This document shows, in pieces, positions 39,606 to 50,035 of a stretch of 64,000 nt of DNA. The notes beneath the pieces are model-generated. The model was not told the origin of the DNA. It worked only from the letters and a program-made list of their open reading frames with translations, and did not search any database. The number at the start of each line of letters is the position of its first letter. Positions within the stretch are counted from its first letter, which is position 1. The DNA is from Candidatus Latescibacterota bacterium (lineage in GTDB: Bacteria; Latescibacterota; UBA2968; GCA-2709665): positions 1,568,001 through 1,632,000 of the forward strand of contig OZ244937.1 in assembly GCA_965222075.1 (NCBI GenBank), given 5' to 3'. Made by a program: the position numbers and the translations under genes.

Positions 39606-40304
39606 TCACCGCCCCTCTGTTCTTCGCCCGATGCGAAATGGTATGAATAGCAGATAAAATAATATAAGCGCCATGCCATCCAGGATCGGGATGTACAACG
39701 GCCACGGCGCGAAAAAGAAAGGCGATTTCGTAGCGGGCGGCTGGCTGAGAAACATATAATTGCTCCCCAGCGCCAGGTTGACCCCGATCAGGACCACGGC
39801 CAGGAGATTGAGAAGCACGAAAACGCGGAGAACCGACCTGCCCGTCGGCCGCAGGCCCAGGCCCCACGTTGCGAACAGCGCACCGGCGACGATGCCGCCG
39901 TGAGTGATAAAATATTGAAAGAAGCGATACGCCGGATAGCCCACCTCGAGTTGAGGCGTCACAACCGCGTTGGTCGCGCCGACAAGTCCCCAGAAGTAGG
40001 CGATTTCGTAAGCCATCCGGCTGCGGAACACAAGCGTGGCCGCAACCGCGAAGACCGAGATGCCGCAAACGTGCAGCGGAAGGTGCGCCCGCACGAACGC
40101 GTGGACGCCAATGGCCTCCAGTCTGTAGCTCCAGTTCAGCGTTTCGTTGAGCAGGAGCACGCCCGCGAACGTGCCGCAGACGACCCGGGTCGCCGCCGAA
40201 TCGAGCCGCTTGACGATCATGGTCAAAATGAACGGCAAGCCGATCATCAGGCCCATCACCACAATGTGGGGAAAGCCCAGAAACTCAAACTGGTTTGAAG
40301 GCAT
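39606..40304 (-). CDS. YwaF/TIGR02206-like integral membrane protein
   Basis: LPLHVCG, YFWG, YFITHG, NYMFL..PP, PWPLYI. Confidence 0.85.
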   Translation of the reverse strand: MPSNQFEFLGFPHIVVMGLMIGLPFILTMIVKRLDSAATRVVCGTFAGVLLLNETLNWSYRLEAIGVHAFVRAHLPLHVCGISVFAVAATLVFRSRMAYEIAYFWGLVGATNAVVTPQLEVGYPAYRFFQYFITHGGIVAGALFATWGLGLRPTGRSVLRVFVLLNLLAVVLIGVNLALGSNYMFLSQPPATKSPFFFAPWPLYIPILDGMALILFYLLFIPFRIGRRTEGR

Positions 40305-40398
40305 GGCTTCTCACGGGCGAAAAACCGCCGCGACAGCCGGGAGGGGCTACGCCCGGTGCCGACACGGAAATAGGGCCGGCCGTCATGTCACGGGCCGG

Positions 40399-42402
40399 TC
40401 AATCCCCCACCACCTTTATCCGAAGGCTCTGTAAGCCTTCGAGAAACAGATCGATATCTTCCTGCGTGGAAACAGTCGCCGCGGGACCCTGGTCCCGAGG
40501 GAAAAACCCGTCTCCCCGACCCGGTTCGAGCGGCATGACATACCTCAACCGGGCCTTCAGCAGGACATTCTCGTCCGCTCGATTCACCCGTGCAAAAACC
40601 TCATCAATCGTCTCCTCGTCCCCGAAACCACCAGGGGGTCCAAAAAAGCGTCCGGGTCCACCCGCTCCGCCGGAGTCATCCCCCAATGCCGCAACGGAAC
40701 CTGCTTCGAGCTGGTAGACACCCGCGGGAAACGTATCCGGCACGCTGAGTGCCAGCTCGATTTTCCGGTCACTCCGCCGGCCAACGCGCAGCGAGGCAGT
40801 AACGGCCAGCGTGTCCCCGGGACTGATGACGGTATCCGCAGCAACGTCCACCACCCTGGCAAAACGAGGCTCGGGGATCACTTCAACATGAACCTCGGCC
40901 TCCCGTACCTGCAAGGCGTAATCGTTTCTCGTCATAAGTTGGGCGAGTACCCGGGACAAGTCGCCAACGGCCTCCCGAACCAGAGAGGCGAGCCGTCCTT
41001 CGGGCGAGGCGTATAGCCGGGAACGAGCGAGCGTCGAATCGGTGCCGACAAAGGAAATATCCGTGGTAACGTGGATACCGTGGTCCGGCTCCTCTTCGAC
41101 CCGGTTGGACAAAGGGACAAAAAAAGCACTGGGGACGAGATCGAGCGAGGTATATGGGCCGATACCGATGGTGGGCATCCTGTGCACAAGCTCGACGACG
41201 CCCCCCGATGGAAACGTATACACGCTCCTGATCGGTACCAATTCCGGTCCGTCATCGAGCACGCCGCGAACCGCGGGCAAGCGGTCTTCGGTCAGCGTGC
41301 CCCGCACCGTCGGGTTCAGCGTCGCGAACTTGTACGGCGCCCTCAAATTGGAGATTTCTCCGAGCACCCGCGCTTCGATTATGGGAAGCTCCACCGGACC
41401 CGCTTCCGACATGGAATGCCCAAAACCATATATTCGATCGCCGTCAACGTAGGATATGGTTCCCAGGGCGCCAATGGTAAGCTCACCCAGCAGCAAACCA
41501 ACCGCCAGCGGCCTGCCGGGCGCAAAGCTGTGCTGGCGCTGCCGGGTCAAACCAGCGGCGACCGCCTCGCTCAGGAGGGACGAACCCCCTTCAGGCGGCG
41601 GCATACGATTGAATCCCGTGCTCAGCAAGGGGATATCCAGGGGGACGATACGGCTCCCCTGCAAAGTGGCCGCGCGTTTGGCCAACGGCACCGTTCCCTT
41701 AGAACCGATGACCCATTCGATGGGCGTGGCAAAGAAGTAGTACGGCGGGCTGTCCTGGGAGTCAGGTCCATAAGCGATGGCGCCCCAGGTGCCCTGCTCC
41801 GTGAAAACGGGGGAACCGCTCATACCCTTGGCAATCCCCCCGAGCTGTATCAAAACCGGATCGGAGGCTTCCACCATGTAGACCGGCATGGGCGGCAAGA
41901 AATCATCGATCACCTGGATGAACCTCATTTCAAGATCGGTGAGCTCGCCATTGACAAATTCGGTCCGCATGAACACCGGCGTGCCCGTGGGCATGGACCG
42001 AACCGAGTCGATCGGCACGATGGTGGATAGATCCCAGGGTTGCAATTCCCCGGTCGGGCGTACGACGACAGGGGTAGGCACCTCCTTGCCGAAGCTCTGC
42101 GCAAAGACCACAAAGTCCGAAAACCCGATCTCACCATTGCCACTCAGATCATACTTCGCTTCGTACTTCTCATCACCCCGACGCGACCCGAACACGCCCG
42201 CAAAGAGCACAAAGTCGGAAAAACCAACCGTCCCGTCGCCGTCAAAGTCGGACAAGGCCGAGGCGTTATCGCCGTTGGCATTCACTGTGATCGCATGCGT
42301 TGTTGTGCGATCATCGTCTGCATCGGAACCCATCGCGGCGTGACACACAAATGCCAGCAACCCGATGGCCGCAATACACATCATTCCTTTTTGGGAAGTC
42401 AT
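40399..42402 (-). CDS. Secreted SpoIVB-like (S55) peptidase with dockerin/EF-hand-like N-terminal domain
   Basis: Signal peptide; DFDGDGTVGFSDF...YDLSGNGEIGFSDF; GIAKGMSGSPV; YGFGH. Confidence 0.8.
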   Translation of the reverse strand: MTSQKGMMCIAAIGLLAFVCHAAMGSDADDDRTTTHAITVNANGDNASALSDFDGDGTVGFSDFVLFAGVFGSRRGDEKYEAKYDLSGNGEIGFSDFVVFAQSFGKEVPTPVVVRPTGELQPWDLSTIVPIDSVRSMPTGTPVFMRTEFVNGELTDLEMRFIQVIDDFLPPMPVYMVEASDPVLIQLGGIAKGMSGSPVFTEQGTWGAIAYGPDSQDSPPYYFFATPIEWVIGSKGTVPLAKRAATLQGSRIVPLDIPLLSTGFNRMPPPEGGSSLLSEAVAAGLTRQRQHSFAPGRPLAVGLLLGELTIGALGTISYVDGDRIYGFGHSMSEAGPVELPIIEARVLGEISNLRAPYKFATLNPTVRGTLTEDRLPAVRGVLDDGPELVPIRSVYTFPSGGVVELVHRMPTIGIGPYTSLDLVPSAFFVPLSNRVEEEPDHGIHVTTDISFVGTDSTLARSRLYASPEGRLASLVREAVGDLSRVLAQLMTRNDYALQVREAEVHVEVIPEPRFARVVDVAADTVISPGDTLAVTASLRVGRRSDRKIELALSVPDTFPAGVYQLEAGSVAALGDDSGGAGGPGRFFGPPGGFGDEETIDEVFARVNRADENVLLKARLRYVMPLEPGRGDGFFPRDQGPAATVSTQEDIDLFLEGLQSLRIKVVGD

Positions 42403-42614
42403 TTTCCGAATCCTCCTATTCGTGATGGAGTTACCCCGGTTTCGTGAACGGTTTGGGGTTTGAGATGGCTTTGTTGCATAAAGATTATGAGGACGGCTGT
42501 CCCCTATTGGTCATCGCGTGTTTATGCCCCGAGTGTACTGGTTCAATGTCATTCAACGTCTTGTCCATACCCGAACACTCCAATGGGTATGAAGCTGCTA
42601 TAAGTCGGCCCTCC

Positions 42615-42685
42615 CTAATGGGACGCTACGAACTCGTAAAGCATGCGGCGGAACTCCTGTGGCTCCTCAATGTGTGGGTAGTGGG
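42615..42685 (-). pseudogene. Possible 3' tail of an alpha/beta hydrolase
   Basis: HYPHIEEPQEFRRMLYEFVASH* resembles the catalytic-His tail H.PH.E.P..F. Confidence 0.4.
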
Positions 42686-42709
42686 GGAGTACCAACCTGA
42701 GAGGAGAAT

Positions 42710-43981
42710 TCAGGGCTTCCTGATTAAAACGATCCTGTTGGTATTGGTTCCCTTCTTGAGGTTGTCCACGCCCCAGCAGTTTGACGTTTTGGTGAAGACC
42801 TGGTCATTCACCAAAACGAGGAGCGGATCCAGACCCGCTTCGGCAGCAGCCGGAACAACAAGTGATTCCAGGAGGATTTTCCCACTGCGAACTTCCCCGA
42901 CCTCAAAAGCAACATAACCCTTTGGCTTGAGAACTCTCTTTAGCTCGGCGAATACCCGCGTCATTGCCGCTTGCCACGCCTCTGGCTTTTTGAGATGCCA
43001 AACATCAACCATTTGTGCATCTATGCCGTTGAACCAACACCGTAACCAGTTGTCCGTCTGGTAGTCCACCACGTCCAAAAACGGGGGCGACGTTACAACA
43101 AGGCTGATAGAATCGCATTCGATATCGGGCGTATTGTCAGAAGATCCGGTTATGAGTAATGCCTTTGCAGAAGATTCGCGCAGCCTCTCGGCGTCACTCG
43201 CGTCCATTTTACCAAGGAGCGATCCGGATTTCCTCAGAATCAATTCTCTGACATCCCTCCCGGGAGGTATCTGCTCTCGGCTCTGGTTAATGCTCCTCTG
43301 TCGCTCAACCGTGACAGCTTGATTTGGGGGCAATGTGTAGACCGAAAAGAAACCGGATGAATGACCCGTCAGTCGGTTTGTTGCCACCATCCTTATCCAC
43401 CTATCGACCGCATCGAGACTGCCCTCTTCCTGTTTTCCAAGAAGGTAATTCCGCAAGTTGGTTATCTGGAGCAGTGTATCCGGATGATAGAAGACGAGCA
43501 ACTCCTCCCACGTGTTGCATTCGCTTTCCAGAGGTAGTGCACTCAGGCGTTCTGAAATAGCTGTTGGTGAGGGAGGGTTGAGTCGCGGAGCCACCAGTAT
43601 TTTGCTTAGCGGATTGATGTCCGTTCCAATGGGTGAGCGCCCCAGCAATGCAGCCTCGATGACAGTCGTGCCACGCCCCAGAAAGGGATCGTAGACGGCG
43701 TCGCCAGGACAAGTAAGCCGCTGAATGAAGAACTTTGGCAACTGGGGCTTAAAGCACGCACGATACGATACTTCGTGAAGTGAGTGGGCCGCTCTTTGTT
43801 GTGATGTCCAGAACTCATTTACATAGACAGGAATATCGAAGTTCGGATCAGGGAATTCCAGAATTGCTGTTTTCTTGTGGAAATCGCTGAACCTCTCGAT
43901 ATCATAGAGGAAATCTTCGAACGAAAGTGGTGCTACCGAAGTGTCAGGCTGGTCAAAGAGCTGTAATTGATTTGCTGCCAC
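42710..43981 (-). CDS. N4/N6 DNA methyltransferase
   Basis: YDPFLGRGTT (SAM-binding) and VVTSPPF (catalytic) motifs. Confidence 0.9.
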   Translation of the reverse strand: MAANQLQLFDQPDTSVAPLSFEDFLYDIERFSDFHKKTAILEFPDPNFDIPVYVNEFWTSQQRAAHSLHEVSYRACFKPQLPKFFIQRLTCPGDAVYDPFLGRGTTVIEAALLGRSPIGTDINPLSKILVAPRLNPPSPTAISERLSALPLESECNTWEELLVFYHPDTLLQITNLRNYLLGKQEEGSLDAVDRWIRMVATNRLTGHSSGFFSVYTLPPNQAVTVERQRSINQSREQIPPGRDVRELILRKSGSLLGKMDASDAERLRESSAKALLITGSSDNTPDIECDSISLVVTSPPFLDVVDYQTDNWLRCWFNGIDAQMVDVWHLKKPEAWQAAMTRVFAELKRVLKPKGYVAFEVGEVRSGKILLESLVVPAAAEAGLDPLLVLVNDQVFTKTSNCWGVDNLKKGTNTNRIVLIRKP

Positions 43982-44257
43982 TCACATCCTCCGGAGTAGT
44001 TCAAGAGCCTTATCTCTTGAAATCCTGGTTGTTTTGCCCAATTCTTCCTGTTGCCACCACTCCCACACTATCTCAACAGGAATGATCCAATAAGGAACAG
44101 CAGGAAATCGCTGAATATCTGAGACAACATAACCCGCAATTTCATCCATCTTTGCCAGGAAGCCAGGCTCATCGAACTTTCTTCCTGAACCAACCAGGTA
44201 GCTTGGGCAGAAGTAGATCCCGCCGCGCGAGACACGCGACAAACAGCGGATGCTCAA
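43982..44257 (-). pseudogene. 3' fragment of a probable cognate restriction endonuclease
   Basis: Stop abuts the MTase start; IYFCPSYLVGSGRKFDE; 5' end fused to an unrelated relic. Function inferred mainly from position. Confidence 0.45.
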
Positions 44258-44696
44258 TGGCCAGGGGGTCGGGGTCTGTTCCGATGTACCCCCTGTGCGC
44301 CGCCGGCAAGAAACGCTCTGGCCATTTCCACCGAACCCCCATCACATGTGGTGTTTACGATCACCGATCCCGGCAGTTTCACGTGCTTCGCAATGCTGCT
44401 TGCGGGCATATCCTCCCCAATCAAACTGGATGTATCTATCGTGTCCATATACTCGCCGAACAAAATTCCCGTGGTCTCCACCGTGGCCGGAAATCACAAA
44501 GATACGGCGGGGCCGTTTCGTCCTGCGCAATCACCTTGAGGAAATCAGCGGGACACCCAATGGCGTAGTAGTGCGTGACGGTCCAGAAACCCTCAATGAC
44601 GTGGCGCAATATCTGCGCGTTTGCGGAATCGTGGACGCATGCGATTCCTACCGGAATTTTGGGACGGAAAAATTCCGTATCTATGGGATTCCACAC
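44258..44696 (-). pseudogene. Frameshifted hypothetical protein (ISGHG motif)
   Basis: Protein-like text switches frames: ...PPYL / VISGHG / ILFGEY...AFLAGGA. Confidence 0.5.
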
Positions 44697-44746
44697 GTGT
44701 CTACCCTCCCCTCAGGAGTCCCCAGGGGTATTCAATACCCCGGTAC

Positions 44747-44772
44747 AGGGCGATCACAAGGATCGCCCCTAC
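44747..44772 (-). repeat. GTAG-type REP palindrome
   Basis: Minus strand GTAGGGGCGATCCTTGTGATCGCCCT. Confidence 0.7.
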
Positions 44773-44785
44773 GAGAAAAACACAC

Positions 44786-45819
44786 CTACTCTCCTTCGGA
44801 AACTTGTCGGCGTCGCCGCCGGGCCAGTTCCCGCATATCCGTAACCGTATCGGACTCATCCACAATCTCTCTGCCCAGAATCTCTTCCAGCACATCTTCA
44901 AGCGTGATAATACCCGCCAGCCCGCCATACTCGTCAATAACGGCAAAGAGGTGCTGCCGGCGTTCCAGGAACATCGAGAGAACGCGGTCCAGCGAGACCG
45001 TCTCGGCAACGAAGTGCACCGGATGCATCAGGTCCGAAATCCGGATATGCCCCCGCCCTCCGGTCAGGGCATTGAATGCATCTCGCCGCATCACAACGCC
45101 TATCACGTCCTCAAAATCTTTCTCGTAGACCGGAGCCCGACTGTAAGGCCAGACCCCCGCCTCCTTCTGAGCCTGCTCAACACGTCAAGGTCGGCGCTCA
45201 GTGCGAAAACAACCGTTCGAGGTGTCATCACATCTTTGACCGTCTTGCGTTTGAGCGAAAGGATATTCTGCATAACACGCGCTTCATCCGGCTGGATGGC
45301 GCCTGTTCGCCGTCCCATACGCGCCATAACCGCGATCTCTTCTTCAGACACCTCCTGAATCGCGTCACTTGAGAACGTTCTGGTTACCAGTCGGCACATC
45401 TCAACAAGAGGGTATAAAACCCAGACCAGGAGTTGTAATGGAAAAGCAATCATACCGGCCAAGGAGCGATTGTAGACCACACCTACCGTCTTGGGAATGA
45501 CCTCGGACAACATGAGAACCGCCAGTGTGATACCTACGGTAAAATAAAGTTCCCATTGACTCCCGAAGACCTGGATGAAAGCCGCACCTGCGAAAAACGC
45601 GCCGCCGGTATTGGCAATGGTATTCAGGGAAAGGATGGCCGAGATGGGACGGTCGACATTGCGCATACGCAGGTCTTTGAGGATGCGGCCCGACGCACGA
45701 CCCTTCTGAGCGAGGTTCTCGATATAACTGACGGGAACCGCGTAGAGAACGGCTTCAAAAAGAGAGCACATTCCGGAGACAACGATAACAGCGCACACCG
45801 CGAAAACGAGTTCGAACAA
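44786..45819 (-). pseudogene. CNNM/DUF21-CBS (hemolysin/CorC-like) protein, frameshifted near 45180-45190
   Basis: SLFEAVL, ILSLNTIANT, SEVIPKT, VMTPRT; continues in another frame as YSRAPVY...DEYGG..GIITLEDVLEEILG.EI.DE.D. Confidence 0.85.
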
Positions 45820-45839
45820 GCCAGTTCACCTCCCGTATT

Positions 45840-46300
45840 CAGAGAAAGATCCGTAAGGACGTGAAAAACGCGGATTGCCGCCTGTCGGGTCTGCCACAGC
45901 CCTCGCGGGATCGACATCTGTTGCGTCCAATATCGTCCGACCGCGCGGTCCACACTCAAACACCGGGTGCGGCGCGTCCAAGTGGTTCACCGTTTCCTTC
46001 TTCAGCGTATAGCCCGGATCGATCACCAGCTCCTTCCCGCCTCCGTAAAGCACAAAGCTGTTCTGCGCGGGATGGTTGTGCCCCACACCGCCGATCCAGG
46101 GATACGCCTCGATCAAATGAGCCAGCGTGTGCCCGCCCAGGGGCCGAGCAGAGAACGCTCAGCCGGTAGACCCCAGGCGTCAGATCCAGGTCGAGCGTGA
46201 GGGCGAAATCCGTCTTCAGCGTGCGAACCACCGTTCCCACCTCGCGCTCGACCAGATCGAACCCCCCTGAAGCAACCTGTTTGAGCGCTTCACCGGCTGC
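45840..46300 (-). pseudogene. Mosaic relic of a heparinase II/III-like gene
   Basis: GHNHPAQNSFVLYGGGKELVIDPGY...H motif island among short discontinuous fragments. Confidence 0.6.
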
Positions 46301-46307
46301 CGCACGA

Positions 46308-49300
46308 TCACAACGTGGAGAACGCGACAATCAAGCCATCCTCACACCCCAGCACCAGCCATCCCTCCGCAAAAGCCGAGGCGGTCGCACCGGCGGGCAG
46401 CACCCCCATCAACGCCGTCTCCCCGTCTCCATTCACCCGCAGAACGCGGCCGTCCACGCACACCACAGCGGCTGTACTCCCCATACGGACGACCCGTGCC
46501 GCTCCGGGGGCCACGTCCACCGTCCACAGCGGCGCACCCCCCGGGCCAAAGCCGATCGCCGTTGACCCTTCCGTAGCTGCAAAAAGAACCTTTTCTTCGG
46601 GACCGTCCAGAAGCGCCAGCCCCGCCGGCACCTCGCCCAGGCAGTGGCCCCAGCGCCTCGCCTTCTCTACAAAGCTGTGCACCCTCAGGTTCTCCTGCCG
46701 GTTGACCGCGCAGGCCACCTCTACCTCGCCGTCGCCGTCTAAGTCTGCAATCAGCACATCCTTCACCTGTGACGTCCATCCCGCATTGGAAAAGGTATGC
46801 TTCTGCTGCCCGTCCACACCGATCACGCGGCAGACACTGCCCGACGACAGGATGTCGCATCCTCCGACAATCTCCTTTTCCCCATCCCCGTCCAGATCGT
46901 ACGTCTCAAAGGTCAGAAACGTACCGTGGTCCGTGCGGTACTCCCACCGCTCATTCCCCTCCGCGTCGACCATGTGCAGCCGCATATTTCCGGGCGTCAC
47001 CACCACCTCGCCGCTCCCGTCGCCGTCCAGGTCTTCCACCCACACGCGTTTGATACTCGATTTGTACCAGGACCAATAGGCCCAGTACTGGTTGCCGTAT
47101 TCGGGGTGATACCGCCAGACCTCCTCACGGGTGGCCGCATCCAGCGCGCGCACGAACGCGTCTTCGCACCCCAGCACGATCCGGGCGGGCTCCCCTGCGC
47201 ACAGCACCCCGCTGTGGACCGTATTGACCGGACTTCCCGTCTCATAAGTCCACGCAGCCTCCCCGTCCAACCCAAAGGCCACCAACGCGTCTCCCTCACA
47301 CGCGGCCAGCACCACACCCCCTTCCGCAATATGCAGGGCATTGACTCGCCCTGCCCCCTGCGCCGTCCACGCAGACGGTGGCGCCGCTGCCTTTAAACCG
47401 GACCGCGCCGGGGCAACCGCCTCCTGTCCGCCGGCCTTGCCGAACAGATCCTCCGGATCGGGCATTGCAACGGCCCCCACGTTCAGCTCGTGAACGGCTT
47501 CGCCGCCCAGTTCGCGCTCCCCGCACGCCCCGGCTTCCACCCGCCACAGCACCGCCAGATCTTCGGCGGCGTCCACGGCAAGCCTGCCCGATGCATCGAT
47601 CTCCACACCGCACGGCCTGGAAAACTGAACCGAAAGCCCCCCAACGCTCAACGCCGAACAGTTCCCCGCAAAAATCCCCTCCCGCCAGACCGCCAGCACA
47701 TCACACACCGCGCGCAGTCCACCGGCCCGTACCTCACCCGTGCAAATCGCAAAAGTCCCTTCCGGCGCTTTCACCAGCATCCACCCTGACGCGTTGCGCT
47801 GCGCCTCAAGCCGGTCCCCAACCCGATCCCCGGACCGCGCGTAAAGCAGGTTCACAAAACGTAGCGCCTCCCCCGCCTCCAGCACGGTGCTCCGGCTCTG
47901 ATCCAGCTCCGTCAGCAGCGTCCGGTCCGTCCTCAACTTCCTGCCAAGCTCCGGATCGTAGCCCGACTTCCACGACCCTGTGGGGCCGTAGAACGCCTCC
48001 TGGGTGCGGCAGGCCTGTCCCGACAGGTTCTGAACCACAAAATCCGTCCGGCTCCCCTCCCACTCGCACTGGTGGAAAATACACGCCTCATCCGACAGCT
48101 CCGGCCGTCCCGGACTGAACCACCGGCATATACCGCTGTAGGTTGCCCTCTCCCGCGCCACCAGCCGGTCCACCACCAGGAAAAAGTCCCCCTTCTTCCA
48201 CAGCAGCATCCGCGTCCAGTCCATACCCACATAGTCCGGCAGCGTCGTCGCCGAAAATCCGAACGTCCGCAGATCCGCCTTCCCGTCCAGCCGGCAGTAG
48301 CTTGGAAGTTCCTCCCCCAGCCCGTTCCGCGTCACCGTCACCATATTGTGATACTTGGGCGCAGTAAAATAAAGCTGGTCCGCCGACAGCAGCAGAAACC
48401 GGTCGTCCTGCGTGAGTGTGAGAATCGCGTTGGCGTCCTCGTAGGAATGCGATCCTCCGCCCGTGCCGTCCAAAATCAGATACTGTGCCGTCTTCTCCCA
48501 TCCGCTCCGCATCGTCAGAATATCGAACGTCTGCCCATACGGCACGCCCGGAGGCTTCAGCGCAACCCCACCGGGAGAATGCCTGGGAATATCGTAATAC
48601 AGCCGGTCCAGCGGAAACACGCGTGTTCCGACCTGATCGCCGGGCGGCGCCACCTCCATCCCCGCACCGTAGGGCTGCCGCCACGGCATCAGGCCTCCGG
48701 ACGGCGCAATTTCCGGCGCCATGTTGTCCAGGGCAAAGCGCAGCCCGGCATCCCGCAGATAGAAAGACACCTGGGCCAGGAACCAGTTGGGATACGCGCT
48801 CACGTCCCCGTCTCCTATGGTAGCGGCAAACCCGTTGCTCGTACAGTTCCCCACCGCGCGCTCCGCCGCCAGGCGCGCCATCCCACTGTCGAAAAACACC
48901 GTATTCCCCGTCAGCAGAGCATAGGTCGCAAAATCCCCGATGCTCTGGTTCCACCCGTGCGCGTTATTATCACAGATCTGCTTGGAACAATAGGCCCCGA
49001 TGCGGAACAGCTCGTCCACAAGCGCCCGCCATTCCCGAGCTTCGGGAAGACGATAGTGCCGCTCAAAATAAATCGCCCCGAACAGCACCCCCAGCGCGCA
49101 CAGCGTCTGGTGGTTCTGGCGCGGCAGCTCCGACCCGGCCGAATGGCTCAGCCCTCTATTCCCGGCCCCTTCGGGCGACATCAGCACATCGTAAAAAAAC
49201 CGGACGATCTTCAGCCGGTCCGCCTCGGAAAACACCTGACACGTCTCCACAATCGGCCACATCATCATCACCGGCCAAAATCCCAGGTGGAGCTGGCTTT

Positions 49301-49985
49301 CGGGCGTATGCAGCACCGGTGTCTCCATCAATGCCATCAGCCCCTGTTTCAGTCCCTCGGCGATTCCGGGGTCTCCGCTCCGCACATACGCCCATGCCGC
49401 CGACGGAACGTGCGACAGTCCCCCGTACCCCGTAAAATCGTAGACCCACCCTTCGGGCGTGGGGCCCACCCTCGCCCAGCGCTCCACATCCGCCACCTCC
49501 TCTGGCCGGGACGACCCGTAGACCACTTCGTAAAGCCCGGGAATGCCCTCTGCTGCGCCGGCGATAACGGCCGACAGGCGCGCAACAGCCGCATTCAGGC
49601 CCACCTCGTCCGCAGCCCCCACCACAAGCGCATTCCGGCCTGCCCCCCACGGGTCCCAAAGCGTGGTCAGCACATACCCCCCCGCACCCGGATAGCTCCT
49701 GTCCACAAACGTCAACCACCGATAGTAGAGGTATTCGATCCCCCGGTTGTCCCCCAGGCTGCCCACGAGAATCGCGTGGCGCTCCGGCCGGATGCCCCAG
49801 GCTGCGTACCCCGCATCGTCCGCCACCGGCACCTCCGACCCGCACACCCTCTCCAACGCCCCGGCGATCCGTCGGGCCGCTGCCTGCTGGGCCTCTCCCC
49901 CACCGGCCACAACCTCGACCGCCCCGGCGTCAAACGGAATCTCCAGCGACATCTGCTTCACTTCACCAATCCTGTGCTCGCTCAT
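46308..49985 (-). CDS. Heparinase II/III-like + FG-GAP/PQQ beta-propeller protein, paralog 4
   Basis: ATG 49985 after GAGGTG; YPGAGGYVLTTLWDPWG, RQNHQ, GSHSYEDAN, DLDGDG repeats. Confidence 0.85.
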   Translation of the reverse strand: MSEHRIGEVKQMSLEIPFDAGAVEVVAGGGEAQQAAARRIAGALERVCGSEVPVADDAGYAAWGIRPERHAILVGSLGDNRGIEYLYYRWLTFVDRSYPGAGGYVLTTLWDPWGAGRNALVVGAADEVGLNAAVARLSAVIAGAAEGIPGLYEVVYGSSRPEEVADVERWARVGPTPEGWVYDFTGYGGLSHVPSAAWAYVRSGDPGIAEGLKQGLMALMETPVLHTPESQLHLGFWPVMMMWPIVETCQVFSEADRLKIVRFFYDVLMSPEGAGNRGLSHSAGSELPRQNHQTLCALGVLFGAIYFERHYRLPEAREWRALVDELFRIGAYCSKQICDNNAHGWNQSIGDFATYALLTGNTVFFDSGMARLAAERAVGNCTSNGFAATIGDGDVSAYPNWFLAQVSFYLRDAGLRFALDNMAPEIAPSGGLMPWRQPYGAGMEVAPPGDQVGTRVFPLDRLYYDIPRHSPGGVALKPPGVPYGQTFDILTMRSGWEKTAQYLILDGTGGGSHSYEDANAILTLTQDDRFLLLSADQLYFTAPKYHNMVTVTRNGLGEELPSYCRLDGKADLRTFGFSATTLPDYVGMDWTRMLLWKKGDFFLVVDRLVARERATYSGICRWFSPGRPELSDEACIFHQCEWEGSRTDFVVQNLSGQACRTQEAFYGPTGSWKSGYDPELGRKLRTDRTLLTELDQSRSTVLEAGEALRFVNLLYARSGDRVGDRLEAQRNASGWMLVKAPEGTFAICTGEVRAGGLRAVCDVLAVWREGIFAGNCSALSVGGLSVQFSRPCGVEIDASGRLAVDAAEDLAVLWRVEAGACGERELGGEAVHELNVGAVAMPDPEDLFGKAGGQEAVAPARSGLKAAAPPSAWTAQGAGRVNALHIAEGGVVLAACEGDALVAFGLDGEAAWTYETGSPVNTVHSGVLCAGEPARIVLGCEDAFVRALDAATREEVWRYHPEYGNQYWAYWSWYKSSIKRVWVEDLDGDGSGEVVVTPGNMRLHMVDAEGNERWEYRTDHGTFLTFETYDLDGDGEKEIVGGCDILSSGSVCRVIGVDGQQKHTFSNAGWTSQVKDVLIADLDGDGEVEVACAVNRQENLRVHSFVEKARRWGHCLGEVPAGLALLDGPEEKVLFAATEGSTAIGFGPGGAPLWTVDVAPGAARVVRMGSTAAVVCVDGRVLRVNGDGETALMGVLPAGATASAFAEGWLVLGCEDGLIVAFSTL

Positions 49986-50035
49986 CTTCACACCTCTTCG
50001 TGAGCGGATTTGTTCGACTGTCCCTCCCAAAAACC

